This document shows positions 39,105 to 48,335 of a DNA stretch of 64,000 bases, piece by piece. The DNA comes from Thermoanaerobaculia bacterium. GTDB lineage: Bacteria; Acidobacteriota; Thermoanaerobaculia; Multivoradales; Multivoraceae. Location of the stretch: the NCBI GenBank assembly GCA_963664405.1, contig OY761158.1:2112001-2176000 (forward strand), in the 5' to 3' direction. The notes below the pieces were generated by a model. That model was given only the letters and a program-made list of their open reading frames with translations, had not been told where the DNA came from and did no database searches. The number at the start of each line of letters is the position of its first letter. Positions within the stretch are counted from its first letter, which is position 1. The position numbers and the translations under genes were made by a program.

Positions 39105-41261
39105 TCAACGAAGCGATTTGAGAGCGCGGTCGAGATCCTGTCGGGGCAGCAAGTCGACCACCTCGATCTCGTCCTCGTGCAGCCGAAAGAGCATCCTGTA
39201 GTCACGGCCTATCCGCTGGCGATGCAGATCTCGGTCGGTGTGGAGGCGGCGGGCTCCGCGCAGAGCGGCGGGATCGCCGGCGGCGATTCGGCCGGCGGTC
39301 AGTACCGCCCTCCTCCCGATCGCATCCGGCACCGCTGCGAGCTTCTCCCGGAAGCGCTTCGAGAAACGCGGCAGTCTCACCGGTACCGGACCCGCGAGCT
39401 CTTCCGGAGGCTCAGTCGCGGCTGCTGCAGTCTCCGCCTCCGCCGCCTTTGGCGGATCTTCGCGCAGCGCCTTCACGGCGTCGACGCGTTTGCGCAGAAT
39501 CTCGACTTGGCGGCGAAACCGATTCCGCTCGGCGTGCCGCTGATTGAGCTCGCTCTTGAGGCGATGGACACGCTCCCGGAGCGCGAGGAGTCGCGGATCC
39601 GTTTCCGAACGACTCTCCTCGGTGGCCGTTCGGTCTCGCTCATCCTGCTCGCGCAGCTGCGCGCTCAGCTCCGCGAGCTGGGCGCGCAAGCGCCTGACCT
39701 CCTCTTCCTTCTCCTCTAGCGCGCGCGAGTGCTCCGCGTCCGAGCTCTGAGGCGCCTCCGGGGGTTTTTCGTCCGCAGCAGCGGGCGAGCCGTCGGAGGC
39801 CGCAGGCTCGGTGTCGTCGATCCCCCACGCACGGTCGGATGCTTGCAACGCTCCCGGAGCGAGATCCTCGCGGCGCCGCGTTTGCGGGTCGAGCTCTTCG
39901 CCCGACCACGAGTCGAGAACCTCTTCGATGGGGTCGACGACCGGTAGGTCGAGGTAATCTCGAGCCTCGCCGATCGAGCTCAGGAGCACCTCATGCTCGA
40001 AGCCCTGGCTCAGGGGGAGAACGCCGCGAGCGACGAGAATCCCGAGGTGGGGCCATCGACTCTCGAGCAGCTCGCAGGCCAGATCCACCGCGGCTTCGTC
40101 GGCGGTGTTGCGAGCCCGAAGCTCGATCTCGTCGAGCAGCGGACTCTCTTCGAGCCCCTTGGTCAGCATAAGCAGGCCAAGGCTCATCCACGCCTCGTCC
40201 AACGGCTCGTCGACATGCTCGAGAAGCGCCTTCGCCTCTTCGGGCCGGCGTTGACGTAGCGCCGCCTCGACCGCGTCCAACAAGTGCGCCTTGAGCTCGG
40301 GTGCTACGTCATCGGTCTGGAAGAAACGAAGAGCAGCCTGAAACTCGTTGAAGAGAATGAGCTTCCTCAGCACGGCGAGGCAGAGACCGGGATCGATACG
40401 TCGAGGATCAAGCCTGGCAAGCTCGTGGGCGCGGAGCTCGTCGACGCGATCCCAGGTCAGATGCTCTTCCAGGTTACGGCGCAGCTCGGATCGCGTCACG
40501 CCTTCGACGTCTGAAGAATCGCGCAGCCGTCGCTGGTCGCGAGCCAGGCAACAGCGCTTGTATTTCTTCCCGCTGCCACAGGGGCACGGCTCGTTGCGAC
40601 CGATGCGTGGTGCGGCCCGGCGCATCGGACGCCAATCGAAATCAGCCTGCTGCGGACGGTCCGGAAGCCCCTCCATCACCGGCTGCGTGGCAAGCTCGAG
40701 AATCGATGTTCGGATCGAGTGAGCATCCTCCCCGAAATAGCTCGGTGCCGAACGCGAGGCGAGCTCCGAGAGCTCTCCGTCGTCGAGAATCTGCGCGGTG
40801 GCCAGGACCAGAAGTCCTCCCGTCAGCGACAAGGATCGGCGGCAGAGGAGACGCGCTTCACGAACCAACTCCTTGCGGTGACTGCCGTCCCCCCTCTCTT
40901 GGTCCCACCAGGCCCCGAGCAGCAAAGCCGTGCCGGCTCGCTCCCACGAAAGACGAGCCTCCTGGACGGCCTCGATAAGAGCCCCGGCAACGTCTCCCTG
41001 GCAGTGGCCAGCGATCCTGGCGAGAATTCCCGGCTCCGGGAGCAGGTGAGCCCCACCGCTGAGGTGGCGTGCGTCGACGGGAAGCTCGACGTGGAGGGCT
41101 GCGAGTGAGAGGTTTGTGAAACCGTAGTCGAGTGACTGCTCTACGGCCGCAGAGAGAAGATCGTCCAGCTCATCGGAGCTCTCGCTGAGCCTCGGGCCCA
41201 GGCTGACGATGTCATGGCGACAGGGTTGACAGTCCTCGGCTGCCAGCAGCAGCGGATGCAC
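39105..41261 (-). CDS. SEC-C (zinc-binding) motif protein with coiled coil and C-terminal RelE/ParE-like domain
   Basis: [19 protein letters not shown]; [17 protein letters not shown] coiled coil; C-terminal FSKRFREKL...[14 protein letters not shown]...EVVDL. Confidence 0.7.
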   Translation of the reverse strand: MHPLLLAAEDCQPCRHDIVSLGPRLSESSDELDDLLSAAVEQSLDYGFTNLSLAALHVELPVDARHLSGGAHLLPEPGILARIAGHCQGDVAGALIEAVQEARLSWERAGTALLLGAWWDQERGDGSHRKELVREARLLCRRSLSLTGGLLVLATAQILDDGELSELASRSAPSYFGEDAHSIRTSILELATQPVMEGLPDRPQQADFDWRPMRRAAPRIGRNEPCPCGSGKKYKRCCLARDQRRLRDSSDVEGVTRSELRRNLEEHLTWDRVDELRAHELARLDPRRIDPGLCLAVLRKLILFNEFQAALRFFQTDDVAPELKAHLLDAVEAALRQRRPEEAKALLEHVDEPLDEAWMSLGLLMLTKGLEESPLLDEIELRARNTADEAAVDLACELLESRWPHLGILVARGVLPLSQGFEHEVLLSSIGEARDYLDLPVVDPIEEVLDSWSGEELDPQTRRREDLAPGALQASDRAWGIDDTEPAASDGSPAAADEKPPEAPQSSDAEHSRALEEKEEEVRRLRAQLAELSAQLREQDERDRTATEESRSETDPRLLALRERVHRLKSELNQRHAERNRFRRQVEILRKRVDAVKALREDPPKAAEAETAAAATEPPEELAGPVPVRLPRFSKRFREKLAAVPDAIGRRAVLTAGRIAAGDPAALRGARRLHTDRDLHRQRIGRDYRMLFRLHEDEIEVVDLLPRQDLDRALKSLR

Positions 41262-41395
41262 CCCGGCAGTGTATTACTTCAGCGCTTCCGGAGGGAGTGC
41301 TTCTCAGGTTCTTTTACTCGAGACGACGACACGCGAGGGAGCAGACCTCAACATCCGCGACTTGACAACGACACGCCTCAAAGAAGGCGCCCCCC

Positions 41396-44194
41396 TTAGG
41401 GCACTTTCCTCTCCACCCAGATCGGAGAGCTCCACGCCATCTGGCCGTCGCGTTGCTGCACTCGCGTGTAGTAGAAATTGCTGCCCGGCTCCGCCTCCAG
41501 GTCGCGAAAGCTCAGCGCTACTTCGCTCTGCTCCGGCCGTACCGAGTAAATGACCGTGTTGTTGCGCAAGATCTCAGCGGTGGCGATGGCGCCGGTGCCC
41601 ACCGCTTTGACCCGAATCTCGGGCACCTCGCCGACCACCGTGACGTCGTCTCCCATAAAGTGATCGCCGACCCAGAACTCGAGAACGATGTTGTCGGTGG
41701 CGGCGTAAGTGCGGCGGGCCTTCATCGCTTCCAAGAGGGCTTCGCGGCTGCGCTCGGGCACCCACACCATGGCGTAGGAGATGTGAGTCGAGAAGTGATC
41801 GGAGCTGGCGACGACACCGATCCGAAGGCCTTTGGACCAGGCGTTGGAGACGAAACCGGCAGCCTTGGGTGTAGTGGTGGCGGCTTGTGGGGTCGAGGCG
41901 ACATCGCTCAACGGCGCACCCGGAGCTTCATAGCTGTGGCGGTCGCCCTGATAGATCTCGACCAGGGTCTCGACCTGGGGATCGTTGTCGCTCCAGTCGG
42001 TGCCGCTCGAGGTAGCCGTGGTGTGGGGGATGGTGATGCCGCCACTGCGTCGAATCGCCTCGTGGAGCAGTCGCGTGTCGTCCTCCAGGACCCCGGGAGC
42101 CGAGTTGTGGAAGCGCACACTGGCGAAGCCCTCGTATTTCGAGTGCTGATAAAACGGCAGCGGCAGCTGACCACGCTCGGCATGAATGATGTTGCGGTGC
42201 CCCATCGGAAACTGGATCGATCGCTCGTAGCCGAAGAGAGCGACGTAGCGCTCTGGCGCATGGAAGAGATCGGCGAGCTTCTCTGACAGCCACCACCAGT
42301 ACTCCCGATCTGCGCCGCCCTGATGGTCGGTGATGAGACCGAAGTCCATTGCCGCGGCGTCGAGCATGTAGCGGTAGAAGTCGATCACCGAGCCGTCCGG
42401 AAGAGCCCGCGAATCCAACGACAGCTCGGTGTGGCGATGGGTGTCGCCGCGCAGGATCTGGAGAGTCTCGCCACCCGCCCGCACTCGCCAAGCACGGATA
42501 CGCGCCACGTCTCCAGCCTCGTCGGCGTGACCTGGCGGACGATGGGAGTAGGGGGCTGCCTGCGGGGGTCCGGTCGAGAAACCGGCGTCGCTCGAGGGCT
42601 CCCAGCGAGCCGCATAGACATTCTCGATCACCGTCTCCTCAGGAAAAGTGAGAGTCGCGCCAAAGCCGGGAAAGCCATCTCGAGGCCAGGTGAGCCACAG
42701 CCCGCCATCACTCGAGGGCGCCGTATCGGCGAGCATCGACAGGCGCCCCTCGCTGAAAGGCACGATTGCCGGCTTGCTCCAGCCGGAATCGCTCATGGTA
42801 GCCACCCACAACCGCCAGGATTGGGCGAAACCGCCCTCGCTCTCGAAAGCGCGCATCAGAAGATGGATCCGCCCACGATCGTCCAGTGCGAGGCGGGCCG
42901 AGGACACCGACGGCCTCTTCGAGCCGCCAAAGTAGCCCTCGAAAATGGCCTTGCGCGGAGCAAAGAGGCTCTCGAGCTCGGGCTTGGCAGCGGTCCACGA
43001 ACCGCCCTCGAGCACTCTGACCTGCACTCGACGGTCCAGATTCAAGGTCGAGCCGGGTGCCTGCGCCTTGTCGATGAGGAGCCCCTGGTCCTTGCCCCAC
43101 CCCCGTTCGCCCTCTTCGTAGGCCACCCACACTCGATCGCGGTCATCGACTACGATGCTGGGAGAAGCCTCGAAAGTATCGTCAGACGTGAGCGCGAAAA
43201 TCTCGCCAAGGCCTCCGTCCGTGATGGTGCGACCGACGATGTCGTAGTTACCTCGATCGTAGCTGTCCCAGACCACCCAAGCGCTTCCTTTCGAATCGAC
43301 GGCAACGTCCGGCGCCCAGTCATTGGCGGGGCTCTCCGAGACCCTGAGCTCGGGGGACCAGGTGGAGCCGTCGAAGCTCATATGGAAGATGTCGGACTGA
43401 CCCCGACGAAATCCCTGCCACACCAGATGCAGCGAGCCATCTTCAGCGCGGCTCAAGCGTTGGTTGAAGTCGCCGCCGGGCTGCGAGCTGAGACGCTCGA
43501 GGCGGCCCCACCTCTCACCGTCGAACCATCGGCCATAGAGGTCGAAGTTCGCCGCCCAGAGCTCCTGCTGTGCCCAGACAACCCAGAGCCGGCCCGCACG
43601 GTCGAAACCCAGAGAGGGCCGCCAGACGTCACCACTGACTCCGGGCACCGGGCTCCACACGCCCCACTTCCCGTCGCTGGGATCCCTGTGGGCGAGGCGC
43701 AGCTCGTCGCGGCGGCCTGAGTAGCTCACCCAAACCATCCAGACGGAGTCCCGGTCTGCTGGATCGGAGGCGATCGAGGGGAAGTCGTCGCTGCGAAAAT
43801 CATCGCTCAGGCGCACCGCATCGTGGAAGCGATCATCGACCTCCGGCCACGGGGCCGGCACTCTCGCCTCGAGAAAGCCCCTGGCCCAGTCGGGGACCTC
43901 CGGGTCGCGGAGATTCATCTCGAAGACAGCGGGAGCGTCGGGTCGTACCCTTCCCGGCGAAAAGGGATGGGCGGCGGAGCCGGGGTTAGCCCTTCCCTGG
44001 TCGAAGATCTCCGAGGTATTGCGACCTTCGGGGCGCGCCGGCGGAAAGTCGAGAACCTGAGGGGAAGGAGCGTTCTCGCTGGAGAGTAGCGGGCGACCGG
44101 ATTCCTGCACCCAGACCCCGACCGGCACCAGAGCGGCGCCGAGAAAGGCCAATGCCAGCACGGCGGGGCGAGAGCTCCCGCGTTCTCTCGTCAT
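41396..44194 (-). CDS. PHP/DUF3604-like metallohydrolase with N-terminal repeat (beta-propeller-like) region
   Basis: RGDTHRHTE, ITDH, GYER, GHRN, IPHT, VEIYQG, SSDH, YAAT, MAWSSPIWV; N-terminal repeats (P.....D..G..WVVW); real start taken as MTRER at 44194. Confidence 0.75.
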   Translation of the reverse strand: MTRERGSSRPAVLALAFLGAALVPVGVWVQESGRPLLSSENAPSPQVLDFPPARPEGRNTSEIFDQGRANPGSAAHPFSPGRVRPDAPAVFEMNLRDPEVPDWARGFLEARVPAPWPEVDDRFHDAVRLSDDFRSDDFPSIASDPADRDSVWMVWVSYSGRRDELRLAHRDPSDGKWGVWSPVPGVSGDVWRPSLGFDRAGRLWVVWAQQELWAANFDLYGRWFDGERWGRLERLSSQPGGDFNQRLSRAEDGSLHLVWQGFRRGQSDIFHMSFDGSTWSPELRVSESPANDWAPDVAVDSKGSAWVVWDSYDRGNYDIVGRTITDGGLGEIFALTSDDTFEASPSIVVDDRDRVWVAYEEGERGWGKDQGLLIDKAQAPGSTLNLDRRVQVRVLEGGSWTAAKPELESLFAPRKAIFEGYFGGSKRPSVSSARLALDDRGRIHLLMRAFESEGGFAQSWRLWVATMSDSGWSKPAIVPFSEGRLSMLADTAPSSDGGLWLTWPRDGFPGFGATLTFPEETVIENVYAARWEPSSDAGFSTGPPQAAPYSHRPPGHADEAGDVARIRAWRVRAGGETLQILRGDTHRHTELSLDSRALPDGSVIDFYRYMLDAAAMDFGLITDHQGGADREYWWWLSEKLADLFHAPERYVALFGYERSIQFPMGHRNIIHAERGQLPLPFYQHSKYEGFASVRFHNSAPGVLEDDTRLLHEAIRRSGGITIPHTTATSSGTDWSDNDPQVETLVEIYQGDRHSYEAPGAPLSDVASTPQAATTTPKAAGFVSNAWSKGLRIGVVASSDHFSTHISYAMVWVPERSREALLEAMKARRTYAATDNIVLEFWVGDHFMGDDVTVVGEVPEIRVKAVGTGAIATAEILRNNTVIYSVRPEQSEVALSFRDLEAEPGSNFYYTRVQQRDGQMAWSSPIWVERKVP

Positions 44195-44196
44195 TG

Positions 44197-45030
44197 CTAC
44201 GAATCTTCCTGAAAGGGGCGAGGCAAGTCTCGGAAGGGTTTGTGCACCGACTCCGTCGCGACCTTCCAGCCCTTCTCGTCTGCCAGCTTGCGGAAATCCT
44301 CGATGAACTTGTTGTTGGTCCGTGCGATCACATCGATCTCGATTCCAGTCTTGAGCACGTTTGCAAGACCCATCTCTTCGACCACTCGGTTGACCATGGT
44401 CTTGTTGAAGGACAGCAGCTCCGACGGAACCAGCGCGATCCGGTTCGCCAGCTTCAGGACTTCCGAGTCGAGCTTCTCTTCCGGTACGGCCTTGGCCACC
44501 AGACCGATCTCCTCCGCCTGCTTGCCGCTGATCCCGTCTCCGGTGAACATCATCATCTTGGTCCACTGCGGCCCCGCATGGTAAACGCCCATATGGAGGT
44601 AGCTGATCGCCCAGCCCCGCACGTGGGGATTCAGAATCACAGCATTCTCTGCGGCAATGATGATGTCGCACTGCCCCGCCAGCTCCAGCCCGCCCGAGAC
44701 ACACTGGCCGTGGATCTGGGCAATGACCGGCTTACGCAGGTTCCATGTGGTCGAGACCTTCTCGTTCCAATCCTGCCGTCCGACCCAACCGTCGTGGCTG
44801 GAGATGTCGGCATACTCCCTGGACTCCACCATCGTGTAGCCCGAACAGAAGGAGCGGCCTGCTCCTTTGATGATGACCACCCTGACATCGTCGTCCTGCT
44901 CCGCCGATTTCAGAGCGTCGACCCACTCCTCGAGCATCGGCTCGATGATCGAGTTGAGCGTTTCCGGCCGATTGAAGGTGATGGTGGCAACCCGGTTCTC
45001 TATGTCGTAAAGGATGTGTTCGTAAGCCAT
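44197..45030 (-). CDS. Enoyl-CoA hydratase/isomerase family
   Basis: FNRPETLNSI, GRSFCSGY, KPVIAQIHGQCVSGGLEL. Confidence 0.9.
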   Translation of the reverse strand: MAYEHILYDIENRVATITFNRPETLNSIIEPMLEEWVDALKSAEQDDDVRVVIIKGAGRSFCSGYTMVESREYADISSHDGWVGRQDWNEKVSTTWNLRKPVIAQIHGQCVSGGLELAGQCDIIIAAENAVILNPHVRGWAISYLHMGVYHAGPQWTKMMMFTGDGISGKQAEEIGLVAKAVPEEKLDSEVLKLANRIALVPSELLSFNKTMVNRVVEEMGLANVLKTGIEIDVIARTNNKFIEDFRKLADEKGWKVATESVHKPFRDLPRPFQEDS

Positions 45031-45045
45031 ATTCGATCCCTCGCT

Positions 45046-46263
45046 TCAGACAACGACGTCATTGGCGCGCAGAGCGTCGATGTCGTCTGGTGAAAAGCCC
45101 GCCCCTAGCAGCACCTCCTCGGTGTGCTCACCGATAGCGGGCGCCGGCGCCGATACAGCGGCGCGGGTGCGGCTGAAGGTGACCGGCGTAGCAACATAGT
45201 TCAGGGTCCCGGCGACGGGGTGCGGAGACTCGTAAAAGAAGTCGTTGGCGAGAACCTGTGGGTCTGTGATCGCCTCCTCATAGGTCTGTACCGAGCTGTA
45301 GATGCAGCCGTTCTCGCGCAGACGGGGCAGCCAGTCTGTGAGATCTCTGGTGGCAAAGACCTCGTCCAAGATGGCGATCAGCTCCAAGCTGTTCTTGTCT
45401 CGGCCCTTCGCGCTCGAGAAGCGGAGATCCTGCTCGAGGTCTTGCCGCTCGATGGCAGCGCACAAGCCGGGCCAGTCCTTGTCCGACTCCAGCATCGAAA
45501 GCATCATCCAACGATCATCGCGAGTGCGATACACATTGGCGAGAGGGTTGTTCGAATCGGTGCGGTCGAATCGGTGCCCTTCGAGCCCCATCAGGGCCGG
45601 TTCGATATCGAGACCCAGGGTCCACAGGGCTGAGTGGAAGAGAGAGACGTCGAGCTTTTGCCCCAACCCGCTCCTCCCTCTCTCCAAGATGGCACCGAGG
45701 ACTCCCATCACCAGATGATCCCCGGTGATGCGATCGAGCATCGCCGGACGCATGACCACCAGATTGGCTCCCGGCTCGGTGATCGCCTGTGACAGGCCCG
45801 CACGCCCCCACAGAAGCTGGTCATAGCCTCGCTCATCTTTGTCAGGGCCCATGGCACCGAAGCCGGTGAGAAGGGCATAGATGAGTCGCGGGTTGATCGC
45901 GCTCAGCGTGTCGTAGTCGAGGCCCAGCTTGTCGAGAGTGCTCGCCTCGTAGTTGGAGAGAAAGATGTCGGCGCCCTCGACCAGACGATGCAGCACCGCT
46001 CGGCCCTGCTCCTTTCTGAGGTCGACAGCCAATCCCTTCTTCCCTCGGTTCAACAGCTCGACGAGCCAGTTGACCTGACCGCCCTCCATCTCCATCACCG
46101 GATCCGCTTCCAGGTGACCGCGGTAGTGCCGCATCCACTCCCCGCTGAGGGGCTCGACCTTGGTGACATCCGCCCCCCAGTCCGCCAACAGCGACGCCGC
46201 GGAGGGGCCCGCCACCACGTGACCCATGTCGATCACCTTCAAGCCATCGAGTACGCGTTCCAT
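45046..46263 (-). CDS. CaiB/BaiF family III CoA-transferase
   Basis: LDGLKVIDM..VAGP, LADWGADVTKVEP, NRGKK, NPRLIY, GYD, MLDR. Confidence 0.92.
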   Translation of the reverse strand: MERVLDGLKVIDMGHVVAGPSAASLLADWGADVTKVEPLSGEWMRHYRGHLEADPVMEMEGGQVNWLVELLNRGKKGLAVDLRKEQGRAVLHRLVEGADIFLSNYEASTLDKLGLDYDTLSAINPRLIYALLTGFGAMGPDKDERGYDQLLWGRAGLSQAITEPGANLVVMRPAMLDRITGDHLVMGVLGAILERGRSGLGQKLDVSLFHSALWTLGLDIEPALMGLEGHRFDRTDSNNPLANVYRTRDDRWMMLSMLESDKDWPGLCAAIERQDLEQDLRFSSAKGRDKNSLELIAILDEVFATRDLTDWLPRLRENGCIYSSVQTYEEAITDPQVLANDFFYESPHPVAGTLNYVATPVTFSRTRAAVSAPAPAIGEHTEEVLLGAGFSPDDIDALRANDVVV

Positions 46264-46344
46264 TCAGTACCTCCGGCCCTCGAGTCAATAAAGAAGCTTA
46301 CTCAGCACCGATGACTTCCGAGCCATGATAGAAAAGGCCGAATT

Positions 46345-46360
46345 TAGACTGGTCATTTTA
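46345..46360. promoter_or_regulatory. Operator candidate TAGACTGGTCATTTTA
   Basis: 14/16 identical to the reverse complement of the 38781 site; lies between the divergent CoA-transferase and MFS genes. Confidence 0.55.
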
Positions 46361-46428
46361 CTTAAGTTCTGGCGCTTGGCTAGCCCGCCATGCTTTCCAG
46401 GAGCAAGAGGATCGTGGAGGATCGAGCA

Positions 46429-48033
46429 ATGGAAGCTCCGAGCGAGTCAGCTGAACCGACAGGCCCGCCCCAGGAGACCGATCGGTACTCCTGGTACACC
46501 CTCTCGGTACTCGTCGTCTGCTACCTATTCAACTACATCGACCGCAATATCCTGTCGATCCTTGCGGAAGACGTAAAGGCGGATCTCGGCCTGGCCGATG
46601 CCCAGATCGGCTTCCTCTACGGCACCGCCTTCGCGGTCTTCTACGCCGTTTTCGGCATCCCTTTCGGACGGCTGGCAGACTCTTGGGTGCGTAAGAACCT
46701 GATCGCGATCGGTCTCTTCTTCTGGAGCATCATGACCGCGCTCACCGGCACCGCTCGAAGCTTCGGCGCCCTGGCCGCTTACAGAGTCGGCGTAGGCGTA
46801 GGCGAGGCCAGTCTCAGCCCTAGCGCCTACTCGATGATCGTCGACCTCTTCCCGCAGAAACTGCGAGCGACCGCCCTCGCTCTCTACTCCAGCGGCATCT
46901 ACTTCGGCGCGGCGCTCGGCTTTGCTCTCGGCGGCTTCATCGTCGACTTCTGGAATGGAACCTTTCCCGACGGCTCCGCTCCCTTCGGGCTCGCCGCATG
47001 GCAGGCCGCCTTCATGATCGTCGGTGTGCCTGGTATGGCCGTTGCCGGCTGGGTCTGGACCCTGCGCGAGCCGGTGAAAGGTCAACAAGAGGGCATCACA
47101 GTCTCTTCTCCAACCCGACCGGAGCCCTTGAAAGAGTTCGCCGCCGTAGTTCCACCTTTCACCTTCATCAACCTCTGGCGCTCCGGGGCCGGGCCCAAGG
47201 GGATCGCCTTCAACCTTCTCGGCGCCGCCGCTCTCGCGGCTGTCGCAGCCGCCATGATCGCCTGGACTGGAGACTACGCCCAGTGGATCGCCCTCGCGAT
47301 CGGAGTCTACGCCGCCTTCTCCTGGGGTCAGGGCCTGGCTCTGAGCGATCCCGAGACCTTCCGGAACATTCTCGGCAGCCGCGCTGTCATGTACTCCTGC
47401 GTCGGCTTCGCAAGCCTGTCCTTCGTCACCAATGGCCTCGCCTTCTGGACAGCTCCTGTCCTCCTCCGTAACTTCGATGCCTCACCGACAAAGGTCGGCA
47501 CCTTGATGGGCGCGGGAGTGGCGATTGGAGGCTTTCTGGGCGTCACTGCGGGAGGATTGATCTCCGACCGTATGAAGGCGCGGACCACCAACGGCCGAGT
47601 GAATATGGGTCTGCTCACAGTCGCACTCAGCGTTCCCGCGATGATGTTGATGCTGACCGCCTCGAGCTTGGCGATGGCGTCCTTCTACTTCCTGTTCAGC
47701 GTCGGCCTGGTCTCGCTGTGGATCGGCCCCGCCGCCGCGGGTGTGAACGAGCTGGTGCCACCCCAGATGCGCTCCACCGCCTCGGCCATCTATCTCACTC
47801 TCAACACCTTCATCGGCTTCGCTCTCGGCCCCTTTGCGGTCGGCAAGATCAGCGACAGCCTCGTGACAGCAGGCCAGTCGAGCGGCGATGCCCTTCGCCA
47901 CGCGATGATGCTCAGCATGTTGTTCTGGATCGTCTCGGTGTTCTTCCTGTGGCGCGCGCGTAGCTATATTGGTCCAGCCGAAGCCAGAGTCAAACAGATG
48001 GCCGTAAAGGTGACCGAGCCCGACGCAGCCTAG
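46429..48033 (+). CDS. MFS transporter (spinster-like)
   Basis: YLFNYIDRNIL, GRLAD...RK motif A, RVGVGVGEA, LREP; RBS GGAGG. Confidence 0.92.
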   Translation: MEAPSESAEPTGPPQETDRYSWYTLSVLVVCYLFNYIDRNILSILAEDVKADLGLADAQIGFLYGTAFAVFYAVFGIPFGRLADSWVRKNLIAIGLFFWSIMTALTGTARSFGALAAYRVGVGVGEASLSPSAYSMIVDLFPQKLRATALALYSSGIYFGAALGFALGGFIVDFWNGTFPDGSAPFGLAAWQAAFMIVGVPGMAVAGWVWTLREPVKGQQEGITVSSPTRPEPLKEFAAVVPPFTFINLWRSGAGPKGIAFNLLGAAALAAVAAAMIAWTGDYAQWIALAIGVYAAFSWGQGLALSDPETFRNILGSRAVMYSCVGFASLSFVTNGLAFWTAPVLLRNFDASPTKVGTLMGAGVAIGGFLGVTAGGLISDRMKARTTNGRVNMGLLTVALSVPAMMLMLTASSLAMASFYFLFSVGLVSLWIGPAAAGVNELVPPQMRSTASAIYLTLNTFIGFALGPFAVGKISDSLVTAGQSSGDALRHAMMLSMLFWIVSVFFLWRARSYIGPAEARVKQMAVKVTEPDAA

Positions 48034-48335
48034 GAGCGTGTCCGAGAATTCGGACAGGCGAGTAGTTCTTAGGGGGGGATGGGCCGGAGAACGGGCCGCA
48101 GGCCCGTTTTCCGGGGCTAGGAGCGTGTCCGAGTATTCGGCCAGAGCCGTTTCCCGGAGCGAATAGGAAGCAACGCCTGAGTGCGCCGTCCTCGGCGCCA
48201 AAAGACAACTAGGCGGAGGAAATGATAGCCATCATTTCTGGAGCCTAGGAGCGTGTCCGAGAATTCGGACAGGCGAGTAGTTCTTAGGGGGGGATGGGCC
48301 GGAGAACGGGCCGCAGGCCCGTTTTCCGGGGCTAG
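48030..48335 (+). repeat. Mosaic A-B-A repeat: two identical 91-bp hairpin units (48030-48120, 48245-48335) flanking family B copy 3 (48117-48248)
   Basis: Exact direct repeat; all three modules begin CTAGGAGCGTGTCCGAG and share CTAG junctions; hairpins TGTCCGA/TCGGACA and CCGGAGAACGGGCC/GGCCCGTTTTCCGG. Confidence 0.92.

Noticed and set aside
44195-44704. N-terminal extension of the 1102-aa ORF
   Set aside because: It overlaps the crotonase in another frame; ATG 44194 precedes the signal sequence
48030-48335. Possible CRISPR array (three CTAGGAGCGTGTCCGAG repeats)
   Set aside because: The intervening segments are too long, two are identical, one is a dispersed repeat, and there are no cas genes
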